Below are positions 8,018 through 16,267 of a DNA stretch of 64,000 nt, one piece after another. Positions within the stretch are counted from its first letter, which is position 1. Every line of letters begins with the position of its first letter. This DNA is from a virus. The position numbers and the translations under genes were made by a program. Under the pieces are notes generated by a model. That model saw only the letters and a list, made by a program, of their open reading frames with translations. It did no database searches and was not told the origin of the DNA. The DNA lies in IMG/VR virus record IMGVR_UViG_3300042517_000577, positions 1-64,000 of that record; one strand, given 5' to 3'.

Positions 8018-8818
8018 ATGAAACCAATCGTAAAATATCAAGGTGGAAAATCAAAAGAACTTCCACTCATCAAACAACTTTTACCATCTCAATTCTCAAG
8101 AATTATTGAACCATTTTGTGGTGGTTGTGCTGTATCATTTGGATTAGGATACAATTCAATACTAAATGATATTAACCGAGATTTGATTAACTTATACTCT
8201 GTTGTATCTGATGATAAGTTATATCCACAACTTCAGAATAGAATTAACCTAATCAAGGAATTAGAGCACGATTCCTTAGAGGTAGAGTATTATGGAGCAA
8301 GAGAGGTAATTAACCAATCTTGGGATTGTGTAGATAATTATCAGAGAGCATTATCTTATATTATTGTAAGACAGTTGTGTTTTTCTGGAATGGAAAGATA
8401 TAATTCCAAAGGAGATTTCAATGTACCATTCGGACATTATAAAAAGTTCTCTTGCAATCTTTCTCCAGATCATCATAATTTCTTGAAAAAGAAATGTAAG
8501 ATACGATATGGGTCATTTGAAGATTTGTTTGATAATCTAAATGAAGATGACTTTGTATTTGTAGATCCTCCATACTTAGAAAGACTTGGATATACTCAAG
8601 GTGATGGAGGTATAAATTTACATAAAACTCTTTTTGAATGTATTCAATCAACAAAGGCAAAGTGGATGATTATTCACAGTGATAATGAATTTTATAGAAC
8701 TTATTATCAAGATTATGATATTATAGAGAAAGACTTTTTATATTCTCAACGATTTGGTAAAGATAAAGATCATACTGGTGCGAGTGTAAAACATCTTTAC
8801 ATCAAAAATTATAAGTGA
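8018..8818 (+). CDS. dam: DNA adenine methyltransferase, Dam/D12 family
   Basis: KYQGGKSK, IEPFCGG, NDIN, RYNSKGDFNVPFG, VDPPY. Confidence 0.93.
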   Translation: MKPIVKYQGGKSKELPLIKQLLPSQFSRIIEPFCGGCAVSFGLGYNSILNDINRDLINLYSVVSDDKLYPQLQNRINLIKELEHDSLEVEYYGAREVINQSWDCVDNYQRALSYIIVRQLCFSGMERYNSKGDFNVPFGHYKKFSCNLSPDHHNFLKKKCKIRYGSFEDLFDNLNEDDFVFVDPPYLERLGYTQGDGGINLHKTLFECIQSTKAKWMIIHSDNEFYRTYYQDYDIIEKDFLYSQRFGKDKDHTGASVKHLYIKNYK

Positions 8819-8819
8819 G

Positions 8820-8878
8820 GTGCCACTTGTAGCACTGGCACTATACCCCTTGCAGTGCAGGGGGTTTTTTGGTATCAT
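8820..8878 (+). promoter_or_regulatory. early promoter module 8 (with terminator-like hairpin)
   Basis: GTGCCACTTGTAGCACTGGCAC 8820-8841; ACCCC...GGGGT hairpin + T run; TATCAT 8873-8878. Confidence 0.8.
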
Positions 8879-9070
8879 ACTTGTATGGATGAGGAACTCC
8901 AATGACTTACACCCCAATTCAATCGAGTATTCCTTACTTGAAAGTTCCAGAAAACCGATTAAATCTTGCTGCTAATTGGTATAACAGGCAGGAAGGTCAT
9001 CCATTGAACTTCCCCTGCTATTCTTATTGGATTCAACAATGTGAAAATGATGGCACTGACTATTGAAACT

Positions 9071-9247
9071 ATGATTGATACTGTTTTGATGACTGAAGAA
9101 TTGCTGAATGAAAAGCAATTAACTGCTCTTCGAGATATGCTTTATCACTACAAAGAGTTTCAAATGGAACTCTACAATTATCCTGAAGAGAATACACTCT
9201 TCACTCAATCACAACGAGAAATCTTCGACATTTTCGACATCAAATGA
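9071..9247 (+). CDS. hypothetical protein
   Basis: Track ORF 9041-9247, likely ATG at 9071. Confidence 0.55.
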   Translation: MIDTVLMTEELLNEKQLTALRDMLYHYKEFQMELYNYPEENTLFTQSQREIFDIFDIK

Positions 9248-9453
9248 CTTCAATTTCATTTACTTCTGGTGAGTTGCTTGATATTATCAAGGCACTTGAT
9301 TACTATGAGAATGATGCTTATTATAATCAAAAGGATGCACAACTTGCTGCTTATTATATGAGGATGGAAAATCAATTCCAATTAGTATTAGATAAACTCA
9401 AACAGTTTACTCCTGAAAATCGTGTTGCTCATCTTGTTCTTGCTGTAAATTGA
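9244..9453 (+). CDS. hypothetical protein
   Basis: ATGA overlap, 69 aa. Confidence 0.65.
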   Translation: MTSISFTSGELLDIIKALDYYENDAYYNQKDAQLAAYYMRMENQFQLVLDKLKQFTPENRVAHLVLAVN

Positions 9454-9690
9454 GGTAAGATTGCCAATCTGAATGATTCAGGTTATACTTTCAAAGAACT
9501 TTCTAATTTGATGGAACAACAAACTATGACTCAATATAAATCTGTGAACCTCACAATTTATTTCAATGCTGATTTGGATGATGGTGAGGTGCAAGATTTT
9601 ATTGACCGTATGACTGAAAAGTATAATCATCCAGATGATATTATCAGCAGTTATGAATACTGGTATGATGAGTGAGTCTAGTATGAGACT

Positions 9691-9747
9691 GTGCCACCTG
9701 TAGAAGTGTCACACTAAATGAGCACAGACCCCAAAGTGTGGTATTGT
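9691..9747 (+). promoter_or_regulatory. early promoter module 9
   Basis: GTGCCACCTGTAGAAGTGTCAC 9691-9712; TATTGT 9742-9747; shares spacer with module 11. Confidence 0.75.
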
Positions 9748-9791
9748 ATAAGGGTGGTTGAGAGACCACCTGTTCTTTATTCTCTACAACA

Positions 9792-10133
9792 ATGGAACTG
9801 ACTAATTCTTTTCCTCCTGTCGATGCTTTTTTTGAGTTTAGCAACAAGAAACTCAAAGAGTTTAATTATGTGAAGTTTGGTGAGAATGTGATTAAGTTTT
9901 CTGCTACTTCATATGCTGTTCTTGTTGGTGTAGTTTCATATGTTTGGACTGCATTTCAACTGTGGTGGGATGATAATGGTGAAACAGTGCAAGTGAATAC
10001 TATTCGATTTGTTGTGAATGTAATTGACTTCATTGCTGCTGTTGTAATTACTATTCCCAAACTTTATCGTTGGACACAACTGAATATCAACCGTCTGGTT
10101 GATTCTATGTTTTTTCAGGTTGCCCTTGCCTGA
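9792..10133 (+). CDS. membrane protein
   Basis: 113 aa with hydrophobic segments. Confidence 0.7.
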   Translation: MELTNSFPPVDAFFEFSNKKLKEFNYVKFGENVIKFSATSYAVLVGVVSYVWTAFQLWWDDNGETVQVNTIRFVVNVIDFIAAVVITIPKLYRWTQLNINRLVDSMFFQVALA

Positions 10134-10139
10134 TGCGAT

Positions 10140-10198
10140 GTGCCACCAATCCTAGTGGCACAATACACCCCCCAAACCACCTCTGGTGGTGCTATAAT
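10140..10198 (+). promoter_or_regulatory. early promoter module 10
   Basis: GTGCCACCAATCCTAGTGGCAC 10140-10161; TATAAT 10193-10198. Confidence 0.85.
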
Positions 10199-10221
10199 TA
10201 CGAAGTAATCAAGGTTAAGCA

Positions 10222-10629
10222 ATGACTGCCACTCAAGTTCAACTCAAAGAATCAACTCAAGATTTTATCAATGAACTGACTGAAAATAACTATGCTGTCG
10301 ATGACATCTACGAGTTCATCGAACAGTATGGTGAAGATAATTTCGTACAATTCTATGAGGAATATGTACAGTGCGGTGAAGATTATTGTTATGAAGCAGT
10401 AGATGCTTTCATTGATACTTTCGACATTGATTGTATTCAATACTTCACTGATGCTTATTATGGTCAGTATGACAGTGAGGAACAGTTTGCAGAGCAATTT
10501 GTTGATGATTGCTATTCCAATCAACTGCAAGATCTTCCTATCGTGATTGATTGGTCTCAAACCTGGGAGTGCAATCTCCGATATGATTTTGATTTCACTG
10601 ATGGTTTTGTATTTCACAAGAACTTCTGA
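10222..10629 (+). CDS. ArdA-like anti-restriction (DNA mimic) protein
   Basis: Very D/E-rich; YYGQYDSEEQFAEQFV and IDWSQTW...YDF...GFVF motifs resemble the ArdA C-terminal domains. Confidence 0.7.
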   Translation: MTATQVQLKESTQDFINELTENNYAVDDIYEFIEQYGEDNFVQFYEEYVQCGEDYCYEAVDAFIDTFDIDCIQYFTDAYYGQYDSEEQFAEQFVDDCYSNQLQDLPIVIDWSQTWECNLRYDFDFTDGFVFHKNF

Positions 10630-10777
10630 TGCGACTTTATCTTAACGACAATCAAATTAAATTGATTCTCTATTGCTTGGAACAACAAGCATATGAGTTC
10701 AATGAAAAGGAAAAGGAGGATTATACTGGAATCCTCCACTCTGTTGAAATTGCTCACGCATACGATTACGATTCCTG

Positions 10778-11026
10778 ATGAAACTTCAATCTAAAGATGG
10801 CAACATGGTGGTAGATTTCTATCCCATCAAAACACCATTTGGTAATGTATCTGATGAGTGGTTTATTAAAATCCTCACCTTTATGGGTAAAACTCAATCC
10901 AAGAAGTTTCTCAATCGAGTTGAGATGAATCTTGAGATTGATGAATATATCAATCATACTATTCCTTATGAGGTTGTAGATTTCAATACTATTCCTCAAC
11001 TTGCTAATCCATTTGCTACTGTCTGA
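10778..11026 (+). CDS. hypothetical protein
   Basis: 82-aa ORF. Confidence 0.7.
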   Translation: MKLQSKDGNMVVDFYPIKTPFGNVSDEWFIKILTFMGKTQSKKFLNRVEMNLEIDEYINHTIPYEVVDFNTIPQLANPFATV

Positions 11027-11028
11027 CA

Positions 11029-11235
11029 ATGCTACTTCAACTCACTGATATTGAATTTGATTTTGTTGATTCATCTGGAGAACTTCCTTATGATGAACAG
11101 GTTGCAGTTTCTAAATCTGTGATTGGAGAAGTATTTGAGGTTGATAGTGAGGATGAACTAGCAGATGTAATATCTGATGAAACTGGGTGGTGTATTAAAT
11201 CACTCGATTATGTTGTAATTGCCGAATCTAACTGA
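11029..11235 (+). CDS. small acidic protein
   Basis: 68 aa, D/E rich. Confidence 0.7.
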   Translation: MLLQLTDIEFDFVDSSGELPYDEQVAVSKSVIGEVFEVDSEDELADVISDETGWCIKSLDYVVIAESN

Positions 11236-11237
11236 CA

Positions 11238-11420
11238 ATGGAAACTCAAACTCGCAACGAACTGGTTGAAGCATATGTGGATCGTGTGCTTGATAATATG
11301 TCAACCAAAGATTTGATTCGAATTGTAGGAGATCAACTAGAAGAAAATCTTTCTGCATATACTGATGCGGAACTCATTGCGGAAATTGATGAGTATTATC
11401 CTGATCTGTTGGAAACATGA
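11238..11420 (+). CDS. small acidic protein
   Basis: 60 aa, D/E rich. Confidence 0.7.
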   Translation: METQTRNELVEAYVDRVLDNMSTKDLIRIVGDQLEENLSAYTDAELIAEIDEYYPDLLET

Positions 11421-11454
11421 TCTAACACGATCTCATTGAGACCAATGATGCGAT

Positions 11455-11511
11455 GTGCCACTTGTTTTTGTGGCACACTAAATGAGCACAGACCCCAAAA
11501 GGTGCTATATT
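11455..11511 (+). promoter_or_regulatory. early promoter module 11
   Basis: GTGCCACTTGTTTTTGTGGCAC 11455-11476; TGcTATATT -10 at 11506-11511. Confidence 0.8.
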
Positions 11512-11801
11512 AAGAGGGTGGAAGGGGTCAGACCCACCCACAAACGTTCAACTTACTCAATTTACGATGACTGTTTCTTTCTCTAAGGATGTGATGATTG
11601 GTATGCTCCGCAAGGGTGAGACTGGAAATCAAATTCTGGACATTCTTGATGTGATTGCACCTGATCAAACTGAAGTTGAAGATAATTCTGTTACTGATGT
11701 TCCTACAGTCTGATTAAATAGAAACGATAGAGGGCAAGTCCCTGTTATGTCCTGATGAGGCATATCACACTTGCTCCATCAAACTAATTCTTTTTTTCGC
11801 A

Positions 11802-11987
11802 ATGTTTGTTTCTTGTCCTGTTTCATTTGATTTGATTGATGCGGAATGGTACGATGATATTGATGAAGCAAAAGAAGATGCACTTGATTGGAGTGTAGAA
11901 TTGTCTGGTGAGAATGTGATTGTTTATGAGGCAATCAACAATGAAGGAGATTATTCCTTCAACAAACTTTATTCCATCTGTGCCTGA
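11802..11987 (+). CDS. small acidic protein
   Basis: 61-aa ORF. Confidence 0.65.
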   Translation: MFVSCPVSFDLIDAEWYDDIDEAKEDALDWSVELSGENVIVYEAINNEGDYSFNKLYSICA

Positions 11988-11994
11988 TACTGAA

Positions 11995-12240
11995 ATGTTT
12001 GATCAACTTCAATTCCAACCGCATCTGAATGGTATTCCTGGTGCGATTGCCGCACGACATAAGTTTGAGAATGATTGGGAGATTTCTGTAGTTGCTGGTC
12101 CTGGATTGTACGGGAAAGTTGAAGATGAGACATTTGAAGTTGGTATCTTCCGACCGAATGGAAATATGACTGAAGATGTATGTGGATGGAATACGAAACA
12201 GGAAGTTTCTGCAATGATGTGGGTGCTATCTCAACTGTAG
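11995..12240 (+). CDS. hypothetical phage protein
   Basis: Track ORF 11920-12240, likely ATG at 11995; FENDWEISVV...GLYG...FEVGI. Confidence 0.7.
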   Translation: MFDQLQFQPHLNGIPGAIAARHKFENDWEISVVAGPGLYGKVEDETFEVGIFRPNGNMTEDVCGWNTKQEVSAMMWVLSQL

Positions 12241-12523
12241 TCCAGCATACCCATCAGGGATGCTGATAGGTAGAAGAACTCAAAGTGTAGCAGGGCGAAC
12301 TACGGGACACCCTGCCCCCGTGCTATGATGAACGAAGTTCAGAGGATGAGACCTTGACCACACAGCAACGAATGGAAAAGCAATTCTTTATCAAGTTCAT
12401 TTCTTTGATTGATGAAGTGCAAGGTAAATCTAAACTTCCTTCACAAATCAATTCAACTCGTAAGTCTGCCTGGGTTAAACAAACTCAAAATCCCAGACAA
12501 AAGAAAGATGCACTGTCCCGAGT

Positions 12524-12727
12524 TTGATCTTTAGTTTTTTTACTCTTCATACAAACAATCAACTGATGCTCATCAAAACCACTTTCGACATTCAAACAAA
12601 ACAACCTGTGTATGCTGTTTGTAATGCACAACATCAATGTGGTATGATTACAACTAACATTCTCAATGCAATTAAAGCAGGACAATGTAAAGACTTCAAT
12701 CAAGTTCAAACTCTAATCAATTCCTGA
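12524..12727 (+). CDS. hypothetical protein
   Basis: Track ORF; true start probably the internal ATG (MLIKTT). Confidence 0.5.
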   Translation: MIFSFFTLHTNNQLMLIKTTFDIQTKQPVYAVCNAQHQCGMITTNILNAIKAGQCKDFNQVQTLINS

Positions 12728-12806
12728 TGAAAAGAAAAGAAAAACTCCAACTGCTATCTAAAGCAATTAACGGTAAAGAACTACTCATTATTCTCTCTGC
12801 ATTTAA

Positions 12807-13079
12807 TTGATACTCATGGCAACTCAATTTTACTCTCTTAAGCAACTCAAAGAAAGAGTTAATTCTTTAATTGAACAGCAAGGAGAAGATGCTCCTGTTT
12901 CTTGGTGGATTTATACTAATGAAGATGTATTCACATTTGATGAAAATGGTAATGAACAATATCAACCATTAGATGTATGTCAACAAGTGTTATCTAATTT
13001 GCAGGATTATGATTATATTCATTCTACAATCTTTGATGCAATTGAAGAAGAACTTACTCAAGTGATTAAATCAAAATGA
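12807..13079 (+). CDS. hypothetical protein
   Basis: 90-aa ORF, likely starting at MATQF. Confidence 0.65.
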   Translation: MILMATQFYSLKQLKERVNSLIEQQGEDAPVSWWIYTNEDVFTFDENGNEQYQPLDVCQQVLSNLQDYDYIHSTIFDAIEEELTQVIKSK

Positions 13080-13288
13080 AATCAAACAAAGTATTTCAAA
13101 TTGAATTGTGTAAAGAGGATGCACAAAGAATACTTAATTCACTTGAATTACTGAAACGACAGACTAAACAACAAATCAATGATTGTAAGGATGATGAAAC
13201 AAAGACGATTGCATGGTTAGAATGGTCTTACATCAGTGAGTTACATTATGATCTTGATTGTAAGTTTAGATTAGATACCTGGAATTGA
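13076..13288 (+). CDS. hypothetical protein
   Basis: ATGA overlap; last gene before the non-coding region. Confidence 0.65.
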   Translation: MKSNKVFQIELCKEDAQRILNSLELLKRQTKQQINDCKDDETKTIAWLEWSYISELHYDLDCKFRLDTWN

Positions 13289-13290
13289 TA

Positions 13291-13521
13291 CCCCTATATC
13301 GTCCATTTCAGTCTTGATTGATTATAGTTTTCCACAGGGTTGCGGAAAAGATTGTTTTGATTTCCACATTTTTTTATTGTTAAATTTATTATGATGCGTG
13401 AATTGTATGTTTGTGTTGTTTGATTGTTAATGTGTTCTCTTATTGTTATCTTGGCGAACACAATAACATATAAACAGTGATTTGTCAAGGGTTTACAGGA
13501 CACCCCCTATATCGTCCATTT
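13291..13521 (+). repeat. 18-bp direct repeat CCCCTATATCGTCCATTT x2
   Basis: Copies at 13291-13308 and 13504-13521. Confidence 0.9.
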
Positions 13522-13796
13522 TCACGTTTACAATACAACAGTCGTTTCGTGATACTGTAAATCACTGAGAGGCATCTACAATCGTCTACAATCGTGTTTA
13601 ATTTCGTATTAGGTATATCTGATCGTTTCGTTGTATTCTCGTGCCTTCCAGGGGATTTTTAATCGTTCGGTGTTAATCAATTCGTTATATGTGCCACTAT
13701 GTGATACTAACAGTCACTCATAGTTTTCCACAGGGTTGTGGAAAAAGTACAATAGTTTTCCACAGGGTTGTGGAAAAAGTCTAATAGTTTTCCACA
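13328..13796. other. DnaA-box cluster / candidate replication origin
   Basis: TTTTCCACA at 13328, 13724, 13756, 13788; inverted TGTGGAAAA at 13737, 13769; near matches at 13341, 13360. Confidence 0.6.
13460..13488 (-). promoter_or_regulatory. leftward sigma70 promoter
   Basis: Minus strand TTGACA-17-TATTGT with extended TG. Confidence 0.55.
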
Positions 13797-13798
13797 GG
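13720..13798 (+). repeat. 32-bp tandem repeat (about 2.5 copies)
   Basis: ATAGTTTTCCACAGGGTTGTGGAAAAAGT repeated with period 32. Confidence 0.92.
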
Positions 13799-13807
13799 TT
13801 ATTATAC

Positions 13808-13836
13808 TTGACAGTCTTTGATTGTTCGTGTATAAT
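13808..13836 (+). promoter_or_regulatory. consensus sigma70 promoter
   Basis: TTGACA-17-TATAAT exact, 11 bp after the last DnaA box. Confidence 0.8.
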
Positions 13837-14310
13837 TATAGGCAGTAATTCCGATTCGTCCATCGACAGTTATATCGGGGGTTGTTGTATTATATTATAT
13901 TGTAATGCGGTTATAAGAAAAAGGGTCCTATCCAACCTACAGAGGTGACAAATCGAGTGAGTGATATCAAGTGTTAAAAAAAATTTTTTGGGGTCAAAAA
14001 ATGCCTGTAAGGTTGCTCTATGAGAGGGGGTGGGGAACAAGTATAAGTCCTTTAGATGAGATCGAATATATTGTAAGTTGTCTGAGAGAAACCTTAAATA
14101 TACTTAAATCCCATATTCGTAAAAAAATTTCCCAGGGTAAAAAATGACATATAGGTTAATTGCAAGGGACAGGGTATTTTGTGAGGGAACTTTGAATGAA
14201 TGTCAAAAGACACTCACAGACATTTCCCAGATGATTAGTGCAGGATTATCTACGGATTTCCAAGTAGAAGAGTTTGTGATACTAAAAAATAAATATCTAA
14301 AAAACGAACA

Positions 14311-14526
14311 ATGAAGACTTTCCAAGAATTTTTAGATGAGGCAGGGGATTGGTGGCATCCAGATCCTAAGAAGGATCGTAGGATCAGTGGACCTGCGAAT
14401 AAGATGAGAGCAAAAGAAGATCGTGGAGAGGATACATCAGTACAGAAGAAACCAGATTATAGTAAAAGATTAATGCCAGGTGAGACATATCTACAATTTG
14501 CCAATCGTAAGAAGGCAGGAAAATGA
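14311..14526 (+). CDS. putative internal head protein with T4-like capsid targeting sequence
   Basis: MKTFQEFLDE resembles T4 IP leader MKTYQEFIAE; late promoter ATAAATA 14289-14295. Confidence 0.7.
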   Translation: MKTFQEFLDEAGDWWHPDPKKDRRISGPANKMRAKEDRGEDTSVQKKPDYSKRLMPGETYLQFANRKKAGK

Positions 14527-14831
14527 ATTGGTTTGAGTATTGGATTGGTCATTGTTGGATGAGTGGGTGGCAATCTATCAGAGGGGCATATAGAATATGG
14601 TCTGATTTAATGACAGACAATTATAAGGATTATGCACTCCTTCCTAGTGATGACCCTTACACAGAATGTCTAGAATGGTTCTGGGTGTCACTTGGTGAGG
14701 ACAATACTTATCCCAGGGAGTTTCTGGAATATCTGATACAACTGGCAAAAGATGTGGAAAGTGGTAAGGAAAAAACTATTCCTGTGGATGAGGATTTCTT
14801 TGATAGACTGAAAGAATCTCTTGAATTGTGA
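14523..14831 (+). CDS. hypothetical protein
   Basis: 102 aa, Trp-rich, ATGA overlap. Confidence 0.7.
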   Translation: MNWFEYWIGHCWMSGWQSIRGAYRIWSDLMTDNYKDYALLPSDDPYTECLEWFWVSLGEDNTYPREFLEYLIQLAKDVESGKEKTIPVDEDFFDRLKESLEL

Positions 14832-14891
14832 GTGTCTTTGTGCCGGTTTCTCTAGCATCTTTATGGCGCTCGTAATCTCTAGCAATGGTGA

Positions 14892-14920
14892 TTGACGTGG
14901 GATAAATAATGGAGTATCAT
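14892..14920 (+). promoter_or_regulatory. sigma70 promoter with embedded late promoter
   Basis: TTGACG-17-TATCAT with ATAAATA (14902-14908) in the spacer. Confidence 0.6.
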
Positions 14921-14959
14921 ATGAAGTGGTACTACGTAGTTACTCATTGAAGTATTAAC

Positions 14960-15718
14960 ATGGCAAAAGGATTTACTGTAAAGGCAAAACCTCCAGAGCA
15001 AGAAGAAGAATCCCTTTTTAATCTAGAGGAATGTAAAGAAAGAATTAAGGGTAAAACAATTGTATTTTGTTTACCCGGAAGAGGAGTTTCATATCGATTT
15101 TTGAAGAGTTTTGTTCAACTTTGTTTTGATTTAGTACAATCAGGTGCGAGCATTCAAATTAGTCAAGACTATAGTTCAATGGTGAACTTTGCTCGTTGTA
15201 AGTGTCTTGGGGCAAATGTTCTTGCAGGACCAGATCAACTTCCTTGGCAAGGTAAACTTCAGTATGATTATCAACTCTGGATTGATAGTGATATTGTATT
15301 CAATACTGATGCCTTCTGGGCACTGGTACAGATGGATAAGGACATTGCTTGTGGTTGGTATGCAACAGAAGATGGAAGAACCACTTCAGTTGCTCATTGG
15401 TTGGATGAAGACGACTTCAAGAACAATGGTGGTGTCATGAATCATGAGATGGTTGATACGATCTCAAATCGTAAAAAACCATTCACTGTTGATTATACTG
15501 GATTTGGTTGGGTACTAATTAAGAAAGGTGTATTTGAACATCCTGAAATGAAGTATCCTTGGTTTGCTCCTCAGATGCAAGTCTTTGATTCTGGTGAGGT
15601 TCAAGATATGTGTGGTGAAGATGTATCATTCTGTCTTGATGCAATTCGTAAATGTGACTTTGAAATTTGGTGTCATCCAAAAATTAGAGTAGGACATGAA
15701 AAAACAAGAATTATTTGA
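14960..15718 (+). CDS. glycosyltransferase-like (GT-A fold) conserved cyanophage protein
   Basis: WIDSD (DxD), TGFGWVLIKKGVF, GEDVSFC, VGHEK. Confidence 0.75.
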   Translation: MAKGFTVKAKPPEQEEESLFNLEECKERIKGKTIVFCLPGRGVSYRFLKSFVQLCFDLVQSGASIQISQDYSSMVNFARCKCLGANVLAGPDQLPWQGKLQYDYQLWIDSDIVFNTDAFWALVQMDKDIACGWYATEDGRTTSVAHWLDEDDFKNNGGVMNHEMVDTISNRKKPFTVDYTGFGWVLIKKGVFEHPEMKYPWFAPQMQVFDSGEVQDMCGEDVSFCLDAIRKCDFEIWCHPKIRVGHEKTRII

Positions 15719-15869
15719 TATTCTTTGTAATGGTAGAGTGATCTATAAAGATCTCTCTGAAGAGGATCTAATGGATGCAATGGATGACCTGTCTCAACAA
15801 TTTTATGAGACAGGGGTTCCCAAACCAGAGGATCTTATGGTAGAATGTAAAAGTATTGAGGTAGAATGA
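15696..15869 (+). CDS. small conserved hypothetical protein
   Basis: 57-aa ORF read manually. Confidence 0.6.
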   Translation: MKKQELFDILCNGRVIYKDLSEEDLMDAMDDLSQQFYETGVPKPEDLMVECKSIEVE

Positions 15870-15872
15870 ATT

Positions 15873-16016
15873 ATGGCAAAACGTCCTTCATTGAATGGTA
15901 AAGTAATCATTGAGAGCAAACCCAAAAAAACTCGTCAAGGTTGTTCTCAAAATACAAAACTTTCTGCTTCATCTCGTAATGGAGCAAAGAAACGTTATCG
16001 AGGTCAAGGCAACTAA
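15873..16016 (+). CDS. small basic protein (...KKRYRGQGN)
   Basis: 47-aa ORF read manually, GAGG SD. Confidence 0.7.
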   Translation: MAKRPSLNGKVIIESKPKKTRQGCSQNTKLSASSRNGAKKRYRGQGN

Positions 16017-16234
16017 TGCTTCAACTTGATCCACAAATCCCAGTCCTGACCCCAAAAGGTCCAGGCTGGGCATTTTTTTTAATTGATCGTTCTCAAGAAC
16101 ACGACCTTGAATGGGTTGTCTTCCTAGATAATGGTGGATACTGTTGGACTTTTAAAAATTCAGATATTAGAATTCAAAAAAACTTAACTCTTCACAGGAA
16201 AGATATTTCTGATTTCGGGATAGCAACCCCGTAA
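16016..16234 (+). CDS. hypothetical phage protein
   Basis: 72 aa, TAATG overlap. Confidence 0.7.
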   Translation: MLQLDPQIPVLTPKGPGWAFFLIDRSQEHDLEWVVFLDNGGYCWTFKNSDIRIQKNLTLHRKDISDFGIATP

Positions 16235-16267
16235 AAAGTTCTAATTCACATCGAATTAGGAAGCAAA

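Noticed and set aside
11721-11760. Hammerhead ribozyme (GAAAC...GTC...CTGATGAG)
   Set aside because: Core words are present but stems I and III cannot be formed; a simple hairpin fits better
13691-13717. Twelfth palindrome module
   Set aside because: Only the left half-site GTGCCAC is present and there is no -10 box at the expected distance
13720-13798. 32-bp repeats as a CRISPR array
   Set aside because: Repeats are tandem with no unique spacers and no cas genes; better explained as DnaA-box pairs
13294-13948. ORFs 13294-13503 (-) and 13736-13948 (+)
   Set aside because: They run through repeats and promoters, with low-complexity translation and no SD
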